Assembly (NCBI GenBank): GCA_000320545.1
Contig: ADNK01001569.1
Span: 1 to 64,000, forward strand
Length of the DNA: 64,000 nucleotides
From: Bigelowiella natans CCMP2755
Taxonomy: Eukaryota; Protista; Cercozoa
Reading direction: 5' to 3'
Part shown: positions 39,413 through 52,178 of the stretch, piece by piece
Position numbering within the stretch: the stretch's first letter is position 1
Layout: the number at the start of each line of letters is the position of its first letter
Notes under the pieces: generated by a model
Seen by the model: the letters and a program-made list of their open reading frames with translations, nothing else
Databases searched by the model: none
What the model was told of the DNA's origin: nothing
Translations under genes and position numbers: made by a program

Positions 39413-42400
39413 ATGTCGAAGCCCTATCGGGTATTTCCTGCTGGAGCTAACGATGTAGTTTATAGGCGTAACCAGAATCGTCAATCTTCTACTCGCTCAG
39501 TCACGCCCCCACCGAGAGAGTGATACACCACACATGTCAAAATTAGTACCAGCAAGAAATTGATTTGATATTTTTCTGATTCATACTAGTCGAAATGTAG
39601 TTCGTCGAGGAGTCAGAAATAAGGGTGGTAGATCTGCGTCCCCGGGTCCGGAGAGATCTGTTGAAGATGATTTTAAGGTAACAGCCCCTCAAAATGATAA
39701 CATGATGCCCCCTACTAACTCGTTTCGTTATTATTCCACAGAAAATTCAAAGCGCCTTGAATGGAGAAAAAGTTCTCTGGGCAGGAACAGTGAAACATGT
39801 ATTATTATAAGTAAAATGATGATGCAAGAATCGAAAGTCCGTTCCTCCCACCGTATTTAAGGTTACTGGACTCAGGGGGCAGGAGCCCAAGTCGTGCCTG
39901 CTCATCGTTACTGATGGAGCAATCTACAAAGTTATAGATTTCGTTTTACAATTTAGGCTGCTTATCCATTTATTCTTACTTCGTTCCTAGGTTAGACTCC
40001 AAGATCGGAAAATAACCCGGCGAATAGTTTTTAAGGAACTCGTAAAACTGACCTTCAACCTCGACAATAGAATGCTTATTATGCACTGCAAGGAGTGAGT
40101 TAGTTTTGAATTCCGTGCCGCTATTCTCGTAACACCAGAAATATTTGTCCACAGGGGTCAGTATCGGTATAGAACTTCGCAAAGAGCTGCTTGCAACGCA
40201 ATTGTTAATACCATTGATAAGGTATTCTTCGATCCATCACCGTTAATTATATATGATGGATCTAACTTATTTATGTAAAGGCGGTGAAAGCCTTTGAAAG
40301 ACAGCTGGGAATTGTGAGAAGAGGAAACTTTTGTGTTAAAATCGCCACTCCTACGAAGGTACTACTCTATATAGTGTTTTCGCGTATTCGAAAAGAAATT
40401 GTACACCTGTCAGCCACCGCCTTCAAGACCAACAGGGCAGCCTACTGGGCAGCCACGAACACAATCTCAAATCCGCAAATCTAGACCCCCAATATCCATT
40501 TCCCAAGATTCTCAACGTCCGACATCAGTTTCGCCTGTTCCGAAAAGAGATGCATTCAAAACATTTGGGCAAGATCGTGCATCACCGCGCGGCTTGATGA
40601 ACTCGTCATCTCTCTCTTCCATTTCCTCCACCTCGACTAACGGACTTAATCATTCATCCCGTACACCAACAAAATATTCGATTTCGTCGACGTCGCAGTA
40701 TTCACCGACGCAATCTCCGACATTTGTGTCTACACAGTCTACTCCATCCTTCAGGTTTAATAAATACGTCCACTCTGAACTAGAATTTCGTCTGATGAAG
40801 CCAGTATTGTTATCTTTTTTTGTGTGTGTGTTAAAGTCTAGCTGATTTTTCTCTGAAGTCCGCGTTGCGTCAGAAGAACCGCAGATCCCGGAAAACTTAC
40901 ACGTATGCGACCAATATAGTTCCACCTTCTAATTCCAAGTTCCACTTTGCGTTCTCTAATATTTTCCTTGTTGATTTGGTTTATGTATATGAAACATATG
41001 TTTCCCATTTTCAAATCTATTTGTGTTGCAGTGATGTTGGCGACGAAGTAAGTGAATTTCAAAATGAATTTGGTTGAAAGAAAGAAACTCTAATGCCCTT
41101 TCTACCATTGTAGACAAGCCAGTCGCTAAATCAGCAGGGCGGAAATTTCTACATGTGCTTCTGTGTCGCAGGATATGGGTGACATTCTTATTACTATCAT
41201 ATAGACTCGACTGTGTAAGATCTTGTTTATATTGCTCAGAGTATGTGACGATTTTCACCCTCAATTTGATTGCGATGCTCACTCGGACAATCAATCTACT
41301 GCTTCGGACGATGCCGGTCTTGATATGAGTAACTGGCGGAGATATTTTGATCAGAAATCTGGTCGGCCATATTGGCATAATCACAAGACCTCAGAATCGA
41401 CCTGGTATGATCCCTCAATAGCAATAGCTCGTGCCAAGGAGGTTAAGAGGGCACAAAAGGATTCACACATTACCGTCCCAACATCGTCAAAGGGCAGAAG
41501 GAGAAAGTTCGTAAGAATAGAAAGCAATTAATGGGTTTTAAGTTATATTTATTCATCCATATATATTTTACAGACCTGCGTCTGCAGCAGTAGCAGCAGC
41601 ACAAAAGCTCAGGGAAAAGAATGTAATTATACTTTTCCTATTTTAATGAAGTTTCACTTATCCTACAATTATCTATGTTCTAATCACAATTATAAGGCAG
41701 AAGAGCGTGCTAAAACTGAAGATAATGAGGAAAAGTTAAACATAGAGGCACTTGAGAAACTTTTGGAACTCATGGGTGACGTGAGAAAGAAGGGTAAAGC
41801 TCCTCGATATTACGCCATTTAATATGAACAAGAATTGATGAAATAAATTCTAGGTTTTACGTATCTTTGTTCAAAATTCGTTCGCAATCCCGATGCATAC
41901 CTCAAAAGCAACAGTATGAACAGTTATTTCAAAATGATGGAACCGCTAAACTTCCCTAAATATTTAAGGTGATATGAGTCACTATCGTCAGCTCAGACGG
42001 GCACGAAATGAGAGGAAAAAGGTCTATATTTCTAAATAATTTCTAAATACTAAAGATAAAAACTACATTTTCAGAACGCATCAAGTCTGCAGATAAATCC
42101 AGCAATTGGCCAATTTTTGGAAGGAACGCCAAGTGCTCATTTCTTGAAGCTAGCAGGAATCAAACTCCTGAGAAACGTCTATAAATTGCCTCAATTTCAC
42201 CTCGATCAACTAGAGAATGAGGTGGGGGTGATTATATGATGTGAAAATAAAGAAGAAGCTTGCATTAAAATATATTTCATCTTAAAAAGGCACTGGAATC
42301 ACTCGAGGACTACTCGTTGTCAAAAGCTAGACAGAAATTTCTTAAAATTGTGAAACGGGTAGAATGCTACCTCTGTACCGTAGATCAAATAACAATTATG

Positions 42401-44044
42401 TTTAATTTCTTAGCTGGAAAACAGAAAGTATGACTTACTGTCTATAGTAGGAAAAGGGGTAATCTTATCAAAAACATAGTTTCCCGCATTTCTGATTATA
42501 GATATTCATTACAGTCATTTGGTAGTGTCTACATGGCAAGACCCCTCCCCGGGAAATTTCCTACAGTAAGTTACGATGAAAAAAATATTACAGCACTGAA
42601 ATTTCAAAATTTCTTAATCTCCTAACTTTTTAGTTGCAGAAGGGGACCAGAGTCATTGCAGTGAAGTCCATTGATATGGTAAATTTAGTGAATAGGGAAT
42701 ATTATTATGAATGATTACACTTTCGATATGAAGTCTGATGAGGAGGACCTTACTGAGCTTTCGAAGGAGATTGAGGTTCTAGCAGAAGGGGAGGTCGGCA
42801 GCAATTCTAAATTGAGACTGATATTTGGAGTCCTTATGCGAATGTTTGACGCATAGGTTTGTTCTCAATTGGTTCAGTACTACGGGTGTGAAAGTATAGA
42901 TCGGTCATAAAAATTCATGTTTATAAGCAAAGCATCGGATATAAAGATATAAACTACTGTGTTACAAATAAGGTTCTTAATGCTATCGATGGAGCTGATG
43001 GATGGGGCCATTGATAAATTAAAGCCATTACCGGAGGTTTCGAATTTCATTTGAATACGACCTCATTCTTTTACATTCATTTTTTGGTTTAGGCTGCTGT
43101 AGCAGTCATTATGAGAGAGTCGCTTCTGGGTCTTTCTTTCCTTTGGAACAAATATAAAAAGTTTCATCGGTAATTTACAATTTGTTACGTCGTTTGATCT
43201 TATCACAGTAATATTCCCTGTTTCAGAGACTTGAAAGGTGCAAATATTTTATATACACTGCGTGGGGATGTAAAACTGGCAGATTTTGGATGCGTTCGCT
43301 CATTGGGAGGTATGAATTTCAGTAACACCTCGCTCAAATCGTATACTCTATTTCACATATATTTCAACAAATAAACAGGAAATACACGTCTAGCGACAAC
43401 TAAGGTGGGTTCTCCTTATTGGATGGCACCAGAAGTCATTAAAGATCAACCATACAATCAGGTAATCAACCTTGCTTCATATATGAATACAATATAGCTG
43501 AGATTTGGTGCTTATCTATACAATTCTACTGTGTGTTTCAACAGCTCGTAGATGTTTGGTCTCTAGGAATAACATGCATCGAAATAGTAACAGGAAAGGT
43601 GAATCTTACTGCTCAAACATCAGGACTCAAATTTCTTAGGGTTCTACATACTAATCAAGGTTCCGTGTCAAGGGCAAGGAATGACGCAGGCTATGGATTC
43701 TATCCTCAAGGATCCAGCCCCTCGTCTTAGCGAGAGGTGGAAAATTAAATTATGTTTTGTGACATCTCTGAGGCTAGTAATCGTCGCAGGTACTCTAAAG
43801 AAATCAAAGACTTCATCGTTGCTTGTGTTGATAAAGAGCCCAGTGATCGAGTTCCTGTTGATGAATTGCTCAAGCTAGATTTTATTACGCAGGTACGAAT
43901 TCACATCGACTATTCATAATCCAGTTTTGTTAGCCAGCAAACTATGAGTATTTTTTGTTACTATGCATAATGATTCAGGCTGGAGATGTAGATTCATGGC
44001 TCCCAAATAACGCTCGACCTCCTCCTGCTCCTCCACGGCGCTAA
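39413..44044 (+). CDS. STE20-family Ser/Thr kinase with N-terminal PH-like (myosin TH1/CARMIL-type) region, Ser/Pro-rich linker, WW domain and PUB-like domain; many short introns; 5' end uncertain
   Basis: PH-like: GEKVLWAGTVKH..CLLIVTDGAIYK..ITRRIVFKEL. WW: NWRRYFDQKSGRPYWHNHKTSESTWYDP. Kinase: VGKGSFGSVY, IAVKSI, EIEVL, HRDLKGANIL, VKLADFG, VGSPYWMAPEVI, DVWSLGITCIE. Ends ARPPPAPPRR* (TAA 44042-44044). Confidence 0.88.
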
Positions 44045-44199
44045 AGAGTTGTAACCCATGAAATGAGTAAACAAATCGTGTGTCAAAAATTGTGGATGAA
44101 CTAGCGTGATTTCTGTTCTCGCGTGAGCTTAGCATTGGCGTTACCTTGAAATCATCACGCATGGTGCATCGCTCATTTGTTGCATCGCACAGCAGCATG

Positions 44200-44700
44200 C
44201 ACACTACTAGCTAGCTAGCTACATCATGTAAGCAAAAAAAGGCAGGACAGCCACGTTGCTAGATTACTCTCATCATTGGCTGATCTACTGATCTAGCTAG
44301 CGTAGTAATTGCATCACACAATGCTAGAACATGTGAATTAGACATCTTCTAAGCACTAGAGCACATCTACACATCTCTAGATCTAGCTAGCTAGACGTGC
44401 ACATGGACATACACGCATGTCTAGCTAGCTAGCTAGCTAGACATCTCTAGATCTAGATGTCTAGACATTGCCAGATTGCAATACAGCAGTCTAGCAATGC
44501 TAGAATATCTAGTTGTAAGTTGATATATCGCTAAATCGATATCGAGTCATCGCCTTCTAGCCTTATCTAGTTATACACGCTTCGGTGCGCCTCTACCAAG
44601 CTAACAAGATCTATCTAGACTGAGCTGCATCACTACTAGACTAGATCATGAGCGCTCAACAACGACGTGCGCTAGTCAAATAGTGCGTGCGAAATGTAAT
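44200..44700. repeat. CTAG/GCTAGC palindrome-rich convergent intergenic element (possible terminator region)
   Basis: Perfect 28-nt palindrome ATGT(CTAG)5ACAT at 44417-44444, plus many further CTAG, TCTAGA and GCATGC words between two converging stop codons. Confidence 0.75.
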
Positions 44701-44778
44701 GCTATTAGGCTTGGATAGAGGGTTGACACAATAGATTATTTTATCTCTTGATTGAAAAAACTGTTTGTGCAACCTGTG

Positions 44779-45791
44779 CTAGTATGTGGAAGATTTGATC
44801 ATCAGGCGATTCTGTCGCTTATTGACCATCTTGATGGCCCATGGAACCCAAAGAAACCAATCCACAAATAACAACGCTAGTGGTGCGCACGAATTAAGCA
44901 GTGTCAGCAAAGTCATTCGGTGGTTAGTACCATATTTACGGAGAAACTTCCCCAGATAAACTCTAAAACCGATGTACACGAATCGGATGTTCAGCGGAGT
45001 TCTCAACAGCGTGATGCATGCGAGAACGAGCAACCCCGAAATTTTTTGAAGGGATGGAATCTTGTAATGCCTTCCAACCTTCCCAAGAGCAAAGCAGGGA
45101 GCGATAACTTGCTGTGCAATCATAGCGATCCATGGCCGCTCAAACTTTCCGGTAGCGTGCACGGAGAAAGTCGTGATGAATTGCACCAAGTGATGAACCT
45201 TAAGAAAACATGCAGACCATTATTTAATTCAGAACTACAACTCTAATCAAATGGGGGCGCTTATGACCACGGCATCCCATCCTTGGAAGTAGCATGCATG
45301 GATGGTGTCTGCAAGCGAAAGATACACCCAGTACCTATTGGTTGTCCACCATAACAGCAAGAGAGTCAGAATTTTGATGTAAGTCCATACTTAGCTAGGT
45401 GGGGGGAAATACAGGGAGAAAACAATTCTCTCAAGTTGAAGGGAAATATATTGATCGGATTCTAATCATAGGCGTGAAACCATCATCATACATCTCTTGG
45501 CAAACGTATCTGGCGCACACCGTATCAGTCGGCGTACAACTTGCTTATTTGGTGCTTCAGCTTCCGGGTCGCACTTCTTGCTTTCAAGCAACCCTTTCAA
45601 ATTACATTTCATGATGCTCGTTAACCCACTTCCGGCTCAATTCTTCATGCTGTTCGTAGAAGAATAAATGAATGAGAAAGGGGAGATAATAATATACCGG
45701 CACTAAGAAGCTCCTTAAGGCAATAAGCTCCAGACACAGCCTCTGAACTTGCAATGATAGCAGTTCGAAGGGAAGAAGTGTCCAGCCCCAT
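44779..45791 (-). CDS. TLC (TRAM/LAG1/CLN8)-domain-like membrane protein; 5' exons uncertain
   Basis: YLSLADTIHACYFQGWDAVVHHLVQF (D...HH motif), QQVIAPCFAL, LACITLLRTPL and a final TM helix APLALLFVDWFLWVPWAIK followed by a basic tail. Confidence 0.5.
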
Positions 45792-46117
45792 TTCCAATGG
45801 ATTGGGAAAGGAACTATAACAAATTACCCGGGCGCCATGAATACCCTACCTCATCGATGTTAACGACTGCTGAAAAATAGACCATATTTATACCCCAAAA
45901 CAACCTATTTATATTGTTGGATTATGAAATGAGATCAGCATTAATGCATTTATTTTTCCGATATATGTTTATAAATTGACATTTCATGTAGGTAATTCTT
46001 AGTATATTTTCTAGTCTGCGATGATGCTGGGCTGAATGCCACAGATGCCCACCAGATATTCACTTTCCTTTTTCCTGGTGATGTACATGTAGATCATCTA
46101 CCAGCGGTTCTATTCGT

Positions 46118-47587
46118 ATGTTGCTCATAATTATCATCATAATCCTCTCCCTCGTGGTTGGAACGATCTGCGGGCTCTCGTGTATCCCTAAGTCCCTTCG
46201 CAACATCGTCATCGCTGCAATCCGTTTCTCGAAGAGGGCAATGTGCCCAAAGAAAAAGGTCAGGAGAGCAAAGACGCAAACACACCCACACGCCCGAACG
46301 CACACACTCGCGTGCAAGCGTGCAAGCGTGCGCCATGCGAAAAACAACACTGATAAATTAAGGAGTATCAAAACATCGCATGAAAAACTTGACGTAATCA
46401 TCAGTCACAGCGGCAGTTCAATTTCAGCAAGATTACAGACCAACTCTACCTCGGAAGACAGCCTCAGTCCCAAAAGGATCTTCAAACACTTAAAGAGTAT
46501 TGACTAGTACATTTTGTTATTTATTGAAAATACAGATGAAGACAGAACAGGGTCGAAAAATATCCATCATAGTAATGAACTTGTTACGCCTAATGGGCTC
46601 CGATGTCATCATCTTCATCATTCAAACTATCCTCCTTATTCACCACATCATTATTTAATTTTAAGAATGGGGATTACAGTTGTCGTGTCAATTCTGGAAC
46701 CTTGGGAATATATCGTTCCTACCCGTCTCTACAATGAGCAATTCAAGTGGTTAGAGTTGGGAGCTCTCGATTTTTGCGCACCTTCCGACAATGTATTATC
46801 ACTTCAGCTACAAATCCCTCCATCATTATTATATTTGTGTATGTGTAGTCGTAATTTGCCTTTGACCATGAGACGATAGTTCATTTCTTCCACCGTCACG
46901 ATGATGCGTAGGATCTAAACATTGGAGTGCAATTCCTCAAAAAACAGACTATAGAGTTACATCAAAAGGCCTATGTCCATTGCAATGCAGGTTTGCTTCA
47001 GAAACTACATTGACAAAAGCGGTATTCGTATCATTTCGAAGCCAATCCAGTTTTGTAGTCTCTCTTTTCACGTATTTGTTGTATCATCTTGATTTCGTGG
47101 TGTTATTGTGGTTATAATCATTCATTCTATGTTTATGAAAAGGCCGAGGTAGGAGTGCAGTGCTGGTTGCTCTTTACCTCCGAGACACTATATCCCTATT
47201 TGACAATGGAAACCAGAGGCACATGGCTGCGGGGAAAGGAAAAGATAATTCTGAAAACTTTGGCAATAATAATGATGATGACGACAACAAGAACACGATA
47301 GAGAACGAGAGGAAGAAAGGCACTGTAACACAGATCGTGGCTTACATTAGAGGTTAAGTATTGAAGTATGATTGCACAGCGCCATGCTTTTTCTGTGATT
47401 TCGGCTATCTATTTGATGACTAATACCTTTTTGTGTTGTTAGTGTCTTATATCGTGAAATAATGGCCTGCATGTGTGCTTCTTCGATACCACCATTAGAG
47501 AAGCGTCCACAGGTGTCGAAATCGCTCACCAATTGGCCATTCAGCTACCAAGCTAGGACGCTATATAGGCTTTTTTCTCAACCTTGA
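46118..47587 (+). CDS. Dual-specificity phosphatase, PTPMT1-like, with N-terminal hydrophobic anchor; multi-exon
   Basis: ITDQLYLG, GITVVVSILEPWE, LDFCAPS, AYVHCNAGRGRSAVLVALYL (HCx5R signature across an intron), AYIREKRPQV. Stop TGA 47585-47587. Confidence 0.85.
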
Positions 47588-48794
47588 CAACCTAAATGAT
47601 AACTAGTCTAAAATGCTCTCTATTGATTTCTGAAGTTGACCAAATTTATGATATCTTCCAAACTTTTTATAAAATTTGTTCATATATGCACTGTTGTTTT
47701 GCGATTGTATTCTATGCTTTATATATTTATATATCCACTTAATTAATTTTGATGATAAAAATACATATACCATATGTGCTTGTGCTCCTCATTATATTTT
47801 CTTGGGGGCTGAGGGTGAATTACTTGGATAGGAGAAAGGGGGGAAGGCAACATGAGTGTATGCATATTAATCAATAATAACTGTTTACGATTAAAAGAGT
47901 GAAAAACGACCTGTTCTAGGTTGAAGTAGATATTATTTATTTGTTACGTGTCTGTTTTGAAGGTTTGAATGCTGTCATTTTTTGAAAATGAGATAGTACG
48001 AATTTATGCATGATGCATTTTCTAGTTCCGTTCAAAACGCTATTAGAATTTGCTAGACAGTAGTCCATGCAATCATGTTGTGCGCAAGTTAGGGTTCAGC
48101 GTTGGCCTTATCCGCACACAAGCAAGTGACAAAGTGTTTGACAAACGCCATGGCTGCAACTAACATGCATGCTGCTTTTAATTTATTTTGTTGGACATTC
48201 TAGCTGCTCTAGTGCTGTTCTATATCATTTTACTGCGTCACGACGACTCTGTGCAACATGATGTGACGCTCATCGGCGAACAGGCGCCAGCGCGCAAACT
48301 CAAGTTGCGCTGCAACGAAATTCAATAAGCATTACATTTGTTAATTTTTCAGCAGCACAACTAGATAATGTTGTGCGTTTGAAGCCGAACAACAGGTGGT
48401 GCCGTAGCTCCATAACTGAACCCCTGGCTTGCGAAGAGGCGCGAGATGCGTTTGCGTACTAGCGTAGCTAGCAGCAATTACTGATGATAAGAATAGATTA
48501 CTATTTTAGTTCTAAAACTACTTTCGCTCCAGCATATGGAGGCATTTCAAGTTTTGATGATGATAATTTCAGTCACGCAATCGAATGCATGCGAACTCTA
48601 CAGTGTAATATGCTTGATCCGCTGCTTGCGGCTGCTGTGTCGTCACTACCTATCATCATACGCTATTCCTCCACCCCGTATCTTATTCTGGCCATCTGAC
48701 TCATGATCATCACCAACTACACTCTATGGTGTTTGCCTCCCATCACCCTTGCTTAGTTAGATATCGGCTCAAAACCAAGACATCCTTATGAATA

Positions 48795-50749
48795 TCACTC
48801 GGTTTTCCACACTTTGTTGAGAAACTTCACGACTTCACCGTATAAGGACATAGTGATGCCCACTTCGCAGCACACGCGAGTAAGACGAGGAGTTACACCT
48901 CTGTAAAGGCCAGCAATTCCTACACGTCACCATTAATGGGAGTATTCAAGTTATTCGTACACGCAGCTACGATATTATTGTTCTTCTGTAATATTAAAGG
49001 AAACGGTATATCCTCACTTAGAAGCACGTGAATGAATGCACCGATTGGTATAATACTCTGCAAGTTGAAAGTAGTAGTATCTAACCTTCCTGTGCTAAGA
49101 TCTTCCGGGTGCAGTCTATAGGCCCCGCATATCTTTGTAGGATGTTAAAACGATGATCAATGATGACAGCGATGAGGAATGATGATGAGGGGGACTTTCA
49201 TTCCCTTTCTTATTTTCTCTTCAACCCCCCCCCCCCCCCCCTCCCCATTATCATTCTATCTTATTTACTTGTGCGACTCCAGCCCCTGCATGCGGCTCTT
49301 CACTACATCAATTCCTTGGAAAATCACAACACTAATTCCCCCAGCGAAGGCCCCTGAGAGAGCTGCTTGCCATGGTGTTTTCCTATCAAAGGAAAGATGG
49401 ACGCGGATATCGAAGGTATTATGTTTGTAGTTATAGAATTATTGTGAGTCAAAGAAAAGAGAAATGCACTAAATTACTTTACTCCCCTCCTCCTCCTCCT
49501 CCTCCGGCGCTCTCTTTCCTACTACGTGACTACTCGTAACCCTCTACACTACTGCTACCTGTACTCATGGGGAATAGCATTAAAAACTCCGAATCTCGTC
49601 GCCTGATCAAGGGAGAGAAAGGAAGAAAGACAGAGGAGCATCTCGTTTTTCATGTTTAGGCTTTTGTAGGGTGATTGCCGCATGTAAGCGATGTATAACT
49701 AACCTGAGCAGTAGAGACTTTGAGGATGGTGGGCATAAGGCCCTTGTATGCTTCCATGACTCCTTCCTGTTTGATAATTGTGGATACTCCATGAAAGAAT
49801 CCCTTGTATCTCGGAGGATCGCGGAAGAATTGGTCATGGATTAGCTTAACTTTCAGTGTCTGTAATGGTAGTTACAGCTTCCGTCAGTTGGAGAAAAGAA
49901 GTTTCTCTGTCTGTTATTTCTGCCTTATAAAATCAATTTTCGGTACCCCCCTGCCACTTCTTTTACCCCTTCAAACACTAATAGCAACGTTAGATCCTAA
50001 CAGCAGCATTGCAAAGACTATCACCACGCCATACCTCTTGGGGCGTTGTGACAAAAATCGCCTCCATTGTTCCAGCTCCAAGGCCGGCGACGAAGCCCTT
50101 TGCCTTCCCCAGTCCATACTTATCCTTTCCATCCTTATCTAAGAGCATACCCGATACAGTTTCGAAGGACCCAAATCGAATCGCAGCCTTTGGTGTCTGA
50201 AGAAAACCAGTAGCATAAAAAGAAGGAATGGGACTTAAATGTTTACACATACACAACAAAGACGTAGCGTACAGGCTAGGATACTCCTCTTCATCAAAGG
50301 TAGTAGTATTAGTAGTAGTGTAGTAGTAGTAGTAGTAGCAGTAGTAATATTAATAGACTTGGAATCAATTTCGAAAAAAATTACCGCAAAATACAGCATC
50401 GAGCTGAGGCCACGGTACATACCGCCAACTCCATAGTTTTTGATCGTGCGGTTCACGACCCCTCCCATGCTGAGTCTTTCTGTTGACAGCTGTTGAAAGG
50501 TCTTCGTATACTCTATTGGGTACCTGGGTACAGAACGATATGTTAGTAAAATGAGCTTCAGCATCATAAAATAACAGGCGACGAAAGTCGTGGTTCAGTC
50601 TTTCACCCCCCCTCTCATGATTCTCAGAACGATAGATGGATCATAACATAAAACACGCACGTGCAGCAGATCTCGATGGCTCCAGAGAGTCCTCCAGCAA
50701 CCAGAGCTTTGCCCTTGTGCTTAGGCTTCAAATGCTTTGGGGGTCCCAT
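48795..50749 (-). CDS. CTP1: Mitochondrial carrier, tricarboxylate/citrate transporter type (SLC25A1/CTP1-like); multi-exon
   Basis: Three carrier repeats: AGGLSGAIEICCTYPIEYTKT..PKAAIRF; AGLGAGTMEAIFVTTPQETLKVKLIHD..YKGFFHG; GISVVIFQGIDVVKSRMQGL..LYRGVTPRLTRV. Ends KVWKTE*. Confidence 0.9.
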
Positions 50750-51107
50750 GATTATTTATTCTTCAAATGTGGGCTGTCGACTAGGAGGAGGGCGCTCGCT
50801 GCAAGATCCAACTACGGAGATTTCAGCCATAACCCAAGGATCCGAACTCATACGTTTTTAAAGAAAGGCCTACGTTCTTCCGGAAAAGGCGATCGTAAAT
50901 TCAATAACATCGGTTATAAGGCGACGTAGGACGGTACCGAGCCAAAGCGACTCGAAAGCATAGACATGGGTCCTTTTTCCTTTCTGCGACAATAAATTTA
51001 TCCTTTTATTGGAGCACAATCAAGGGCGTTCATGCCTCGTATTAAAAAAACGAAGGAAGGAACAAAGGACAGGGGCATAACCCGATCCGAACGACTACGA
51101 CGAGATA

Positions 51108-52138
51108 ATGGAAGTACTTCCGCTCCTCCTCATCCCGGTAGTGCGCTCATTCAAGATGAGGCCTCGCTTCCATGCAATTAGCAATAGCCGCCATGCCATT
51201 CCGCTTTGGAGCGGAAGAGGTACGGGCTCATTGGTCAACTTCCGTCCTGGAAGAAGGCGACAGGCTATCCATACTCATGCTTTGTCTCGTAAGAGGGTCC
51301 TCGTCTGGTACTTACAAGAACCCTCGCACAGATTGTTAACGATGATAATGATCACACTGCTACTACTACGTATGATGAGCTGACATAATAATCAATTGAT
51401 CCGAAGTTGCGTAAAACATCGTATATCTGGAGAAAATGAGTGAAAACGATTCTCGAATAGGATGGTGGATGGGAGGAGATCTATAATGGGTGCGCATGGC
51501 GGCGGTGCAAGTAGCAAAATGAGAAAATCAGTAGCAGCAGCAGCAGTAGCAGCAGCAGCAGCAACTGTTCGCGAGTCATCGTGGAGATCTAACGAAGATA
51601 TCACTCGGGTGCTCAAATTTTGGTTTGGCCCGGAATATTTGGTAGTTGTAAACTAATTCATGATATAAAACACAAGTTTCTCTCAAGCCATTTAAATGGA
51701 TATCTTCAGCCTTATGCGTTCCCTGCTACATTAAAATTCTGTAGGAAAGGGACCAAGCCTTGCAAACAAAGAGTTACATGGAGGTACATTAGTTTTCTTC
51801 ATTCTTCACAATTCACAATTTATCACATCATATATCACTACTTGAAATTGGATGAAAGGAGCGCGGTAATAGCCTATGGTGGGCTGGAGGGGTGGAAATT
51901 GATAAAAAATGCAAAAAGTTTCAGGATCTGATCGAAGCCACTAGTGAAGATGAAGATGATAGTAAAGGCCATCATGATTCGTCTTGGCATACTCCCGAAG
52001 GGTGATATAGCACAACTATGCATTCTCTACGATTTGAATATTCCCAGCACAATAAGTGATCAGTCAATTTATTGTTGTTGTGAAGCTTCGAACGAACAAC
52101 TCAAAATTCGATAATGCATATGTATATATGTCTATGTA

Positions 52139-52178
<40 letters not shown>

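Noticed and set aside
44200-44700. CTAG-rich tracts as MITE/Helitron remnants
   Set aside because: The different tracts share short words but no alignable body, terminal inverted repeats or target-site duplications, and there is no transposase in the window.
48398-48478. GGTGCCGTAGCTC... resembling a tRNA 5' end
   Set aside because: No D-loop GG, no TTCGA T-loop and no complementary acceptor stem.
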